Of a stretch of 38,063 bases of DNA, positions 1-8,481 are shown one piece after another. The DNA comes from Chloroflexota bacterium. Its GTDB lineage: Bacteria > Chloroflexota > Limnocylindria > QHBO01. A model generated the notes under the pieces. That model saw only the letters and a list, made by a program, of their open reading frames with translations. It did no database searches and was not told the origin of the DNA. Where the stretch lies: positions 1 through 38,063 of the forward strand of contig VBKA01000003.1 in assembly GCA_005879815.1 (NCBI GenBank). The letters run 5' to 3'. How positions within the stretch are numbered: the first letter of the stretch is position 1; each line of letters opens with the position of its first letter. The position numbers were made by a program, and so were the translations under genes.

Positions 1-2
1 TG

Positions 3-728
3 GTGGTGGCCTTGCTAGGCGTCGTGATCCCGTTCTCGCTCATCACCTGGGGCGAGCAGTCGATCGACTCGGCGCTGGCGGCGATCCTGAACGGGACGGT
101 GCCGCTCTTCGCGATCGTGCTCGCTGCGCTCGTCCTCGCCGACGAACCGATGACGGTCAATCGCGTCGCGGGACTGCTGCTTGGATTCGCGGGCGTGGTG
201 GCGCTGGTCGGGCCGAACCTGCGCTCCGGGCTGGCCGGAGGCGTCGCCGGCGAGGTCGCGCTGATCGTCGCCTCCGTCTCGTACGCGGCGGCCGGCGTCT
301 ATGCGCGCTGGAAGGTACGCGACGTGAGCCCGCAGGCGTCTGCCTTGTTGGAGATCGGCTTCGCCTTCGTGATCTCGCTGGTGCTCGCCTTCGCCATCGA
401 GTCACCACTCGCAACGCGCGTCGAAGCCTCGGCGGTCCTGGCGGTGGTGTGGCTGGGCCTGGTGGGATCTGGGCTCGCCTTCATGGCCTTCTTCTGGCTG
501 CTGAGCCGATGGGGTGCCACCCGCACGTCGATGGTCGCCTACCTCATTCCCGTGGTCGGCATCCTGCTCGGCGTCCTGGTGAGACATGAGGAGGTCACGC
601 TGCTGACCCTGGTCGGCACGGCGATGGTGATCGGCGGGGTGGCGCTCGCCAACAGCCGCTACGGCCACCGCCGGCTCTTCGGGCGAAATGCCGTGCCGAG
701 TGGCGATCCGGCGCAGGGAGGCGACTAG
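3..728 (+). CDS. EamA/DMT-family transporter, probably 5'-truncated by the window edge
   Basis: The ORF 3..728 encodes a polytopic hydrophobic protein with EamA-like repeat character (GTVPLFAIVLAALVLADEPMT ... AYLIPVVGILLGVLVRHEEVT). At about 240 aa it is short for a 10-TM DMT protein, and the frame is open to base 1. Its stop overlaps the convergent FTR1 stop in a shared CTAG (725-728). Confidence 0.75.
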   Translation: MVALLGVVIPFSLITWGEQSIDSALAAILNGTVPLFAIVLAALVLADEPMTVNRVAGLLLGFAGVVALVGPNLRSGLAGGVAGEVALIVASVSYAAAGVYARWKVRDVSPQASALLEIGFAFVISLVLAFAIESPLATRVEASAVLAVVWLGLVGSGLAFMAFFWLLSRWGATRTSMVAYLIPVVGILLGVLVRHEEVTLLTLVGTAMVIGGVALANSRYGHRRLFGRNAVPSGDPAQGGD

Positions 729-1612
729 GGTCGGACGGCGCTCCGCTGCACTGGCTGCCCGGCCTGCGCCAGTGGCTTGACCGGCCTGAGGTAGAGCACC
801 AGCACTGCGACGAGGTAGGCCGCCCAGGCTGTGAGCGTCGTCCATTCCGGCGTGCTGGTGTAGCCGAACAAGACGTGCAGGAGCTGGCCCAGCAAGCCAA
901 CGCCGCCGCCCTCGTGGGGAAGGAGCCCCGAGATGTCGAAGGCGGTCGTGGCACCGACGGTGATCCAGCCGATCTCGATGAACTCATGGATCGCGCTCGC
1001 CACGAGACCCGCCGCCACGAAGATCAGGGCCACACCGGTCCAGCTGAAGAAGGTCTTGAGGTTGAGGAGCCGCACGCCCCGGTAGAAGCCGACACCGAGC
1101 CCCACCGCAATCGACAGGCCGATGAAGGCGCCGGTCAGCACGGAGAGCGCACCGGCGTCGGCACGGGATGCGGCGGTTGCCTGGCCGAGCAGGAAGAGCG
1201 AGGTCTCGATGCCTTCGCGGATCACCGCCGTGAACGCGAGCGCGGCGAGACCCCACACCCCGCCTGAGGTCAGCGATCGATCGACGGCCGCGCGCAATGT
1301 CACGCTCACAGTCGCCGACGTGCGCCGCATCCAGAAGAGCATCCAGGTCACGACCGCAGCCGCCAGCAGCAGCGCCGATCCTTCGAAGATCTGCTCTGCG
1401 GGTGCGTGGAGCTCGTGGATCGTGATCCACAGCACGGAGCCGACCGCGATGCTGAGGAGGGCGGCCGCGCCGGAACCCAACCAGATGGGTCCGAACTGGC
1501 GACGGTTCCCGGTTCGCGCGAGGTAGGCCAGGATGATGCTGATGATGAGAGCGGCTTCGACGCCCTCTCGGATACCGGTCAGCAGGCCGGTGATGAACGA
1601 ACCGAGATCCAA
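725..1612 (-). CDS. FTR1/EfeU-family high-affinity iron permease
   Basis: This is a 7-TM-like protein with both diagnostic REGxE motifs (REGVEAAL near the N-terminus, REGIETSL mid-protein). It has a TTG start at 1612 preceded by GGGAG 8 nt upstream. An iron box lies 36-54 nt upstream. No efeO or efeB partner is adjacent. Confidence 0.85.
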   Translation of the reverse strand: MDLGSFITGLLTGIREGVEAALIISIILAYLARTGNRRQFGPIWLGSGAAALLSIAVGSVLWITIHELHAPAEQIFEGSALLLAAAVVTWMLFWMRRTSATVSVTLRAAVDRSLTSGGVWGLAALAFTAVIREGIETSLFLLGQATAASRADAGALSVLTGAFIGLSIAVGLGVGFYRGVRLLNLKTFFSWTGVALIFVAAGLVASAIHEFIEIGWITVGATTAFDISGLLPHEGGGVGLLGQLLHVLFGYTSTPEWTTLTAWAAYLVAVLVLYLRPVKPLAQAGQPVQRSAVRP

Positions 1613-1647
1613 GCAGCTTGCTCCCAGGTGCGGGAAACGGGGCAGAG

Positions 1648-1666
1648 TTAGGCTAGCCTAACCTCC
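1648..1666. promoter_or_regulatory. DtxR/IdeR-type iron box (operator) in the divergent FTR1 / acyl-CoA dehydrogenase intergenic region
   Basis: TTAGGCTAGCCTAACCTCC matches the published 19-bp iron-box consensus TTAGGTTAG(G/C)CTAACCTAA at 16 of 19 positions. It contains a perfect 16-bp palindrome, GTTAGGCTAGCCTAAC (1647-1662). It sits directly upstream of an iron-uptake gene and overlaps TANNNT hexamers on the minus strand. Confidence 0.6.
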
Positions 1667-1774
1667 CACCTTCGTCAATGCGAACGCCGCCAGATGGGCC
1701 TGCGACTTCGCGGCTCCACCCGCCGCCCGGATAGAATCTCGCCTGACCCGCCCCTCCCTTCGGAGACCCATCAT

Positions 1775-2968
1775 TTGGACTTTTCGCTGACCGATGCGCA
1801 GCGCGAGGTGCAGCGCACGGCGCGCGCCTTCGCGGAGCGCGAGATCCTGCCGCGCATCGGAGAGCTGGATGCGGCCGCCCAGTACGACCGCGGCCTCTAC
1901 GAGAAGATGGGCGCCGCGGGGTTCCTGGGTCTTCCGATCCCGGAGCGATACGGCGGCTCGGGGATGGATTACATCGCCTTTGCCCTGCTTTGCGAGGAGA
2001 TGGAACGGGCCGACACCGCGTTCCGGGTGATCCTCAGCGTGCACACCGGCCTCAACTCGCTGACGCTGCTGCAATGGGCGAACGAGGAGCAGAAGGAGCG
2101 CTACCTGGTTCCCCAGGCGCGCGGCGAGAAGCTCGCCACCTTCGGGCTCACCGAGCCCGGGGTCGGCAGCGATGCGGCCAATCTATCCAGCACCGCCCGG
2201 CGCGACGGCGATCGGTACATCCTCAACGGCAGCAAGGTATGGATCAGCCTTGCCGACACCGCCGATCATTTCCTGGTTTTCGCCACGGTCGATCGCTCGA
2301 AGGGGCACAGGGGCATCACCGCCTTCATTGTCGAGCGTGGATTCACCGGCTTCTCGACCGAATCGCTCCACGGCAAGCTCGGCGTGCGGGCCGGCAACAC
2401 CGGAATCCTTTACCTCTCCGATTGCGAGGTGCCGGTCGCCAACCGCGTAGGCGAGGAGGGAGAGGGCTTCACGATCGCCATGAGCGCCATCGACCAGGGC
2501 CGTTACACCGTAGCCGCGGGCAGCGTCGGCCTGGCCCAGGCGTGCCTGGACGCGTCGCTGAAGTACGCGCACGAGCGAAAGACCTTCGGCGATGAGATCG
2601 GCCGGCATCAGCTGGTGAAGGAGATGCTGGCCAGGATGCACGCGGGCCTCGAGGCGGGGCGGCTCCTCGTGTTCAAGGCCGGCACCCGGAAGAACGCCGG
2701 CGAGCGCAGCACGCGCGAGACGAGCCTCGCGAAGTGGTTCTGCACCGATCACGCCGTCGGGTCGGCCCTGGATGCCATTCAGATCCACGGGGCCTACGGG
2801 TACAGCAACGAATACCCGGTCGAGCGCTACCTGCGCAACAGCAAGGGATCGGTCATCTACGAGGGAACCTCGCAGATCCACACCCTGCTCCAGGCGGACT
2901 ACCTGCTCGGCTATCGGCGCGACCACCCTTTGCGCAAGCCGCAACCACCCTTCGAAGGCGAGATGTAG
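1775..2968 (+). CDS. acyl-CoA dehydrogenase (short/branched-chain type)
   Basis: Full-length ACAD-like sequence (LTEPGVGSDA, YILNGSKVWIS, QIHGAYGYSNEYPVERYLRNSKGSVIYEGTSQI). I place the start at TTG 1775 (LDFSLTD...) because GGAG lies at 1762-1765. The ATG at 1694 on the ORF track adds 27 Arg/Pro-rich residues that ACADs lack. A TAGAAT hexamer lies at 1732-1737. Confidence 0.9.
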   Translation: MDFSLTDAQREVQRTARAFAEREILPRIGELDAAAQYDRGLYEKMGAAGFLGLPIPERYGGSGMDYIAFALLCEEMERADTAFRVILSVHTGLNSLTLLQWANEEQKERYLVPQARGEKLATFGLTEPGVGSDAANLSSTARRDGDRYILNGSKVWISLADTADHFLVFATVDRSKGHRGITAFIVERGFTGFSTESLHGKLGVRAGNTGILYLSDCEVPVANRVGEEGEGFTIAMSAIDQGRYTVAAGSVGLAQACLDASLKYAHERKTFGDEIGRHQLVKEMLARMHAGLEAGRLLVFKAGTRKNAGERSTRETSLAKWFCTDHAVGSALDAIQIHGAYGYSNEYPVERYLRNSKGSVIYEGTSQIHTLLQADYLLGYRRDHPLRKPQPPFEGEM

Positions 2969-3010
2969 CCGAACGGACCGGACCGCCGGCCGAGCCCACC
3001 AGGAGTGCGG

Positions 3011-3511
3011 TTATCGACGCTCTTCCTGATCGTGGACCGGCCGCATGCGAGAGGTTGGCGGGAGCTCGCGGCGCGGTGTGAGGGCGAGAGCGCCCATGAT
3101 CGCCGCCGGCAGCACCAGGGTGATGGCGGCCGTCAGTGGCAGCATGCGCGCGAGCGCGAGCGGGTCCGGCGCGTGGAAGCCGGTGGCGGGCAGCACGCCG
3201 AGCGCCGTCAGCCACCAGTACGCGGGCAGCGCAACCGCCGCCAGGACGAGGATGCGGCGGATCCAGGCACCCTCCACGAGGGCGACCACGCCGCCCGCCA
3301 GGAGCGCGACCAGCGAGCCGGCCAGAACGCACCAGGCGGCCAGCGAGGTCCACGGCTCGCGCCGCACGGCGAGTGCGTCGACGATCGACAGGCCTGGGTG
3401 GCGCAGGTATTCCATCCAGGCCAGAACGAGCAATCCCGCCAACCCGAGCAGCAGCAACGCCAGGCCTAGGTAGAGCGAAAGCCGCGCGCGCCGAAGAAGG
3501 CGGTCCATCAT
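3011..3511 (-). CDS. hypothetical integral membrane protein (about 4 TM)
   Basis: Hydrophobic 166-aa ORF. Its ATG overlaps the acylase stop (ATGA at 3508-3511), which implies translational coupling. I recognise no family. Confidence 0.55.
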   Translation of the reverse strand: MMDRLLRRARLSLYLGLALLLLGLAGLLVLAWMEYLRHPGLSIVDALAVRREPWTSLAAWCVLAGSLVALLAGGVVALVEGAWIRRILVLAAVALPAYWWLTALGVLPATGFHAPDPLALARMLPLTAAITLVLPAAIMGALALTPRRELPPTSRMRPVHDQEERR

Positions 3512-5859
3512 TCAGCCGGCTCGAGCGTCAAGGTCGCCACGGTGGCGGCCGCCACCTCCGACTCCGCCCATGCGATCGGCACCCCCTCGCCGCGCTGCCA
3601 GAGCTCGAAGAGATCGCCGTAGTGCGGCGAGAGAGGGTTCCCGCTCTGACCTCCCGCGAGCGAGAAACGGCTGGCGGCGGGGTTCCCGAGGTCGATGACG
3701 CACCGCGTGTTTGCCAGGAATCCGGGGTTGCCGAACGGCGCCATCGGTCCACTCGAGGCCTGCAGGGGCGTGTTGCTGTCGCCGGCCATGGGGATCGGGC
3801 CCAGGTTGAAGATCCGGTCGAGTGGCCAGCGCACACCCAATGGGTGCTCGAGCGTCAGCGGCCGCAACGAACCCCATCGCCATCCTCCCGGATCCGGCCC
3901 AAAGCCTTCTTCCAGCACGCGCGTCGCTTCGTCGAGAGACTCGATCATCTCCGCCTCCCAGCTCGAGGAGCCAAACCAGCCCGCGGGCTGCTCGCGGGAC
4001 AGCCGAACCAGCCGGCCCATGGCCCGAGTCGAGAAGAGGGTGCGCGGCACGATCTGCCCGAATCCCTGTCCGATGGCCCAGGGCCAGGCCTTTGGCGCCT
4101 TGGCCCGGGCGATGCGACGCGTGAGCGCGGCGCTGAAGGCTTGATAGACCGATGCGCCGATCGAGTCGGCCGCCATCTGACCGTCCCAGGCCTCCAACAG
4201 CGCGAGGGCCGTTCGGGCCCTGGGTTGAGATGCGGCGTCGACGGTGAGCGTCAAAAGAGTGTCGCGCAACTCCCGCCACGGAAGGCACGCGACATCCATC
4301 TGCAGTCGCTGCGCCGAGGCGACGTCCCAGCCGTCCCTGCCAGAGAGGACCTCACCGATTCGCGCCAGGCGATAGCCGTCGACGTAGTCGATCCCCAGGA
4401 AGGGGCCGTTCCCATCGGGCACGGGCTGCCCGTTGGCGGTCGCCACCCAGCCGGCTGCCGGATCGCTCAGGGACGGCATCTCCGCGAAGGGGACCAGGGA
4501 TTCCTCCCAGCCGTTGGCCGGATCCGCGCCGGGCAGCGGCACCGTGCCGTTGCCCGTCTTGCGACGGGGCAGCTGTCCGACCAGCTGCCAACCGATCCGG
4601 CCATCGCGATCGGCGTAGACCACGTTGAGGGTCGGTCCCGGCCACTCGGCGAACGCGCTGCGGAACGCCTCGAATGACCGGGCGTGCACGACGTCGAGGA
4701 AGCCCCGTATCGTCAGCGGTCGAAGCCAGACCGCCGACATCGAGAGGGCCTGGGGCAGCGCTCCCTCGAGGAGCGCGGTGATCACCGGCCCGCGATTGGT
4801 GACGAGCACGCGCTCGTCGACCGCGTCGGCGCCCTTCACCGCGATCCGTTCGCTGATCACGGCGCAGGCGACCATCGCGTCGCCTTCGCGCACCGACGCG
4901 CCGTCGGGGCCGATCTCCTCGATGAACAGGTCCGTATCGTCGGTGAGGGCCGCCGTGATGCCCCAGGCGGCGAAGCCGTTGGTCCCGATCGGGATGGCTG
5001 GCCCGCCGACGAACGAGGCGCCGGCCACCTCCCAGTCGGGGGTGCGCAGGTGCGCGAGGTACCACGGCGCCGGGAGCCGCGGGGCGAGGTGAGGGTCGTT
5101 GGCGAGCAACGGTCGTCCCGAAGCCGTCCGCGAGCCGGCGATCGCCCAGTTGTTGGAGGCGCCGCCCACCGGTACCAGCCCCTGGAAGACGGCGAGGTCA
5201 GCCGCCAGGCGGTCGAGCGTCTTCCCGGCCGGCGCGCCCGGGGGCGCCGCCACCGGCAGCCAGGCCGGATAGCCCGGATCCAGGGCAGCCACCGCGTCGG
5301 GCCCGTCATCGGTCAGGATCTTCAGCCGAGCAAGCTCGACATCCCAGTTGCTCGACAGCGAGAAGGACTGCAGGCCGACGAAGCACAGGACGTCGAGGGC
5401 CGTCCACGGGGTGGGTGCTCGCCTGAGGAGGGCGAGCTCATGGGGCGGCCGTTTCAGCCCGCGGCGCAGTCCCTGGTTGATGCCGCTCACGTAGGCTTCG
5501 AGCACGGCCCTGACCTCGGGACCGATGACCTCGAGCTGCGCCTGTGCGGTGCGCCGGAAGCCGAGGCGGCGGCTCATCCGATCGATGGGCAGACCATCGA
5601 GCCCGATGAGCTCGGCGAGCGTCCCCGATCCCACGCGGAGCAGCAGCTCCAGCTGGAAGGCACGGTCCTGGGCGTGGCAGAAGCCAAGCCCGAACCAGGC
5701 GTCGCTGGCGCTGTGCGCGTCGACATGGGGGATCCCCCAACGATCGCGCCGGATGGTCAGCGGCCGCTCCAGGCCCGCCACCCGGATCCGGCCGCGCACC
5801 CGAGGTAGCCGGCGACCCAGGAGGCGGAGGAGGACGCGGGGCCACGCGACACCGGCCAT
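3508..5859 (-). CDS. penicillin acylase / AHL acylase family Ntn-hydrolase (peptidase S45)
   Basis: 783 aa. It has the conserved alpha-subunit start (RDRWGIPHV...GLGFCHAQDRAFQLE) and the autoprocessing/nucleophile motif GGASNNWAIAG. TAGGCT (5874..5869) lies 9 nt upstream of the ATG at 5859. Confidence 0.9.
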   Translation of the reverse strand: MAGVAWPRVLLRLLGRRLPRVRGRIRVAGLERPLTIRRDRWGIPHVDAHSASDAWFGLGFCHAQDRAFQLELLLRVGSGTLAELIGLDGLPIDRMSRRLGFRRTAQAQLEVIGPEVRAVLEAYVSGINQGLRRGLKRPPHELALLRRAPTPWTALDVLCFVGLQSFSLSSNWDVELARLKILTDDGPDAVAALDPGYPAWLPVAAPPGAPAGKTLDRLAADLAVFQGLVPVGGASNNWAIAGSRTASGRPLLANDPHLAPRLPAPWYLAHLRTPDWEVAGASFVGGPAIPIGTNGFAAWGITAALTDDTDLFIEEIGPDGASVREGDAMVACAVISERIAVKGADAVDERVLVTNRGPVITALLEGALPQALSMSAVWLRPLTIRGFLDVVHARSFEAFRSAFAEWPGPTLNVVYADRDGRIGWQLVGQLPRRKTGNGTVPLPGADPANGWEESLVPFAEMPSLSDPAAGWVATANGQPVPDGNGPFLGIDYVDGYRLARIGEVLSGRDGWDVASAQRLQMDVACLPWRELRDTLLTLTVDAASQPRARTALALLEAWDGQMAADSIGASVYQAFSAALTRRIARAKAPKAWPWAIGQGFGQIVPRTLFSTRAMGRLVRLSREQPAGWFGSSSWEAEMIESLDEATRVLEEGFGPDPGGWRWGSLRPLTLEHPLGVRWPLDRIFNLGPIPMAGDSNTPLQASSGPMAPFGNPGFLANTRCVIDLGNPAASRFSLAGGQSGNPLSPHYGDLFELWQRGEGVPIAWAESEVAAATVATLTLEPAE

Positions 5860-5904
5860 GTCGGGGCAAGCCTACGCTGACCCTGGCGCCCAGAAGCGCG
5901 AACC

Positions 5905-5910
5905 TATACT
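5905..5910 (+). promoter_or_regulatory. -10-like hexamer TATACT placed 6 nt before GTG 5917 (leaderless-type start)
   Basis: TATACT-cggcgg-GTG with no Shine-Dalgarno sequence. The same geometry recurs at about 12 genes in the window. Confidence 0.4.
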
Positions 5911-5916
5911 CGGCGG

Positions 5917-6465
5917 GTGAGCCGCACGATCGAGCTGGGCGCCGGCCTGATGCTGCTGATCATCGGGCTGCTCGTGCTCTCGGCAGGGTGGATCGGTGAC
6001 TGGCTAAGCCGAATGGGCGTCGAGGGCGGATGGCTGGCGTACTGGCCGCTCATACTGGTCCTGCTCTCGCTCTTCTTCATCGGCCCGGCCCTGATCGGAC
6101 GTCGGCAGCACCGCCGTCTGCGCGCCGGCATGGCCATCCCGGGCGCGCTGCTGCTGGGGGCCGGCGTGGCCCTGCTGTTCAGCAGCCTCAACGACCGATG
6201 GGGTGACTGGTCGTACCTCTGGACGGTGGTCCCCTTCAGCTTCGGCATCGGCATGTATGCCGCCGGTTGGATCGCCGACGCTCCGGCCTTCAAGTGGATC
6301 GGCTCGGGCATCGCAGCAGGATCGGTGATCGCCTACCTGGCGCTCTCCACGGCATTCGGCGGCGAGGCATTCCGCCTGGTGGGTGCGCTTGGGATCATCG
6401 CCCTCGGGCTGGCGCTCACGGTTGGTGGCCTCGCCGACCGGTTGAGCCGCAAGTCCCCGGCCTGA
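5917..6465 (+). CDS. hypothetical integral membrane protein (about 6 TM)
   Basis: 182-aa hydrophobic ORF with a GTG start. It is divergent from the acylase and convergent with the S9 peptidase (6-bp gap). No family recognised. Confidence 0.55.
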   Translation: MSRTIELGAGLMLLIIGLLVLSAGWIGDWLSRMGVEGGWLAYWPLILVLLSLFFIGPALIGRRQHRRLRAGMAIPGALLLGAGVALLFSSLNDRWGDWSYLWTVVPFSFGIGMYAAGWIADAPAFKWIGSGIAAGSVIAYLALSTAFGGEAFRLVGALGIIALGLALTVGGLADRLSRKSPA

Positions 6466-6471
6466 GCAAGG

Positions 6472-8475
6472 TCAGCGGAGGTGGGTGCCGAACCAGGCGA
6501 GGATGCGCTCCAGGCGGTCGATCCTTCGGTCGGGCCGGCCGATCGACTGCATCACGTGATGCTCATCCGGATACAGGACGTACTCGACCTCGCGTCCGAG
6601 GGTCCGAAGTGCGGCGAAAAGCTGCACGTTGTCGGAGGCGGGGCATACCTGGTCGTCCTCGGCCTGCAGCATGAGAAGGGGCGTCCGAATCCGCGCTACG
6701 TTCCGCAGCGGTGAGCGCGACCAGAGGGCGAACATGCCTTCCTCGGAGAGGGGGTCGCCGAGGCCGGCGCGGCGCGTGTCGTAGATGCCGAAATGGCACT
6801 CCGCCCAGGCAGTGACCTGGTTCGTCACCCCGTTCTCGCTGACCGCGGCGGCGAAGCGGTCCGTGACGCCGATCAGCCAGTTCACGAGGAAGCCGCCATA
6901 GGAGAGTCCCATCACGCCGATCCGACCCTCATCCGCCAGTCCCTCGCGAACGAGGCCGTCGACGACCGCGAGGAGGTCCGCGGCATCCACGTCGCCCCAC
7001 CTGGGACCAAGGCCGTCGACCCACGCCGCTCCGAAGCCCGCCGAGCCGCGGATGTTGGGCCTGACGACGCGATACCCGGCGGCGGTGAGGGCGATCATGT
7101 CCAGCGAGGTTCCGGGACCCCATGACCCGGTCGGGCCGCCGTGGATGTCGATGACGACGGGCAGACGAGTGCGGCGCGTGCGTGTGGGGGAGTAGATCCA
7201 GGCCTGGATCCTGCCCGCTGGCCCGGCCAGATCGATCTCCTCGAGCCGCGGAAGCGGGAAACCTCGTTGCCACGCCGACCCGTTGCGCGTCATGCGTCGC
7301 ACCTGTCCATGTCGAACCGCTGACAGCTCGAGCGACGTCCCATCCACCTGCGCGTTGACCGTGACGTTGCCGTTGGCGGCCTGTAGCCCCGAGGTGACGA
7401 CACGGAGCGCAGGGTCGACGAGGGGCTCGGGCTCCGCGCCGCCGCGCATATCGAAACGCCAGGGGACCGAGCGTCCGCGGACGGTGAGGAGGGCCACCAC
7501 CGAGGTGTCGTCGAGCCAGAAAGGCCCTTCCGCCTCCTCCGTTCGGGTCAGGTGGCTGCCCACCCAGACACCGGCCGGCAGGTCGAGCCCGGCGCTCAGG
7601 GAGCGTGCCTGGCCGTTGAGTGCGTCGATGACCCAGATGTCGGGCTGAGTCGCCTCGGGAGGGTCGGCGACATCGGTGCCGAACGCCGCGATCCAGCGCC
7701 CGTCCGGAGACCAGGCCGGCGCCGCCAGGTCGCCGCGAAGGCGTGCCAGCTCGCGCATTGGGCCGCCCGCGGCAGGCACGAGGTACAGGGCGGTCTGCGG
7801 GTTCACGGCGGCGTCGGGGCCGAGGTCCGCGACGAAGGCCATGGATCGCCCGTCGGGCGACCAGCTTGGAGATTCGACGTCGAAGTCGCCGCTCGTCAGC
7901 TGGCGGGGGCGGGCACCCCGACGCGCCGCCACGAGCCACAGGTGGGCACGCCTGTCCCGGTAGCCGGAGTCGTTGCGGAAGTCCATGCGGGTGATGCGCC
8001 GCGCGGTTGGAGCCGGCGCCTCGCCCTTCCGGGCCGTCCGCTCGCCGACCAGGAAGCGCGCCTGTGGCGCGGGCGCGAGGAGCGCGAGGCTGCGGGAGTC
8101 GGGACTCCAGCGCAGTCCCTGGACCCCGTGTGGCAGACGGCCAAGCGGGCGGGGGTCCCCGCCCGCGCCATCGAGGATCCAGGCCTGCGCCAGCCGTTCG
8201 TTCTCCGGGGCGGCAGGGTTGGCGTTCGCTCGCAGGAAGGCGATGTGCCGGCCGTTGGGCGCGATGGCCGGACTCGTGTCGCTCACCTCCCCACTGGTGA
8301 GGCGGCGCGGCGACCCACCCGCGGTGGGCACCCGCCAGAGATGGCGCCGGTACGCTCCGCGCGCCACCGTGCGGCGCACGTAGACAACCCAGGTTCCGTC
8401 GCCTGAGAGCGCGTGGCCATCGATCGCGACCTGCGCCCGGACCAGCTCGGCAGGGGTCGGCCCGCGGGCTGGCAC
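6472..8475 (-). CDS. S9-family serine peptidase (prolyl oligopeptidase / acylaminoacyl-peptidase type) with N-terminal beta-propeller
   Basis: The C-terminal alpha/beta hydrolase domain has the nucleophile elbow GLSYGGF, the acid in AEDDQVCP and the His in YPDEHHV. The N-terminal half has repeated W-SPDG propeller-blade motifs (RWSPDSRS, SWSPDGRS, AWSPDGRW). Confidence 0.9.
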   Translation of the reverse strand: MPARGPTPAELVRAQVAIDGHALSGDGTWVVYVRRTVARGAYRRHLWRVPTAGGSPRRLTSGEVSDTSPAIAPNGRHIAFLRANANPAAPENERLAQAWILDGAGGDPRPLGRLPHGVQGLRWSPDSRSLALLAPAPQARFLVGERTARKGEAPAPTARRITRMDFRNDSGYRDRRAHLWLVAARRGARPRQLTSGDFDVESPSWSPDGRSMAFVADLGPDAAVNPQTALYLVPAAGGPMRELARLRGDLAAPAWSPDGRWIAAFGTDVADPPEATQPDIWVIDALNGQARSLSAGLDLPAGVWVGSHLTRTEEAEGPFWLDDTSVVALLTVRGRSVPWRFDMRGGAEPEPLVDPALRVVTSGLQAANGNVTVNAQVDGTSLELSAVRHGQVRRMTRNGSAWQRGFPLPRLEEIDLAGPAGRIQAWIYSPTRTRRTRLPVVIDIHGGPTGSWGPGTSLDMIALTAAGYRVVRPNIRGSAGFGAAWVDGLGPRWGDVDAADLLAVVDGLVREGLADEGRIGVMGLSYGGFLVNWLIGVTDRFAAAVSENGVTNQVTAWAECHFGIYDTRRAGLGDPLSEEGMFALWSRSPLRNVARIRTPLLMLQAEDDQVCPASDNVQLFAALRTLGREVEYVLYPDEHHVMQSIGRPDRRIDRLERILAWFGTHLR

Positions 8476-8481
8476 GCTTCG

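Noticed and set aside
1694-1774. The ATG at 1694 as the start of the acyl-CoA dehydrogenase.
   Set aside because: The 27 extra residues (MGLRLRGSTRRPDRISPDPPLPSETHH) are not ACAD-like. TTG 1775 has a GGAG at the proper spacing and gives a normal roughly 397-aa ACAD.
3136-5808. Plus-strand ORFs of 513 aa (3136-4677) and 374 aa (4684-5808) lying antisense to the acylase gene.
   Set aside because: They are low-complexity Arg/Gly/Pro-rich translations with no motifs. The opposite strand encodes a complete penicillin-acylase-family protein.
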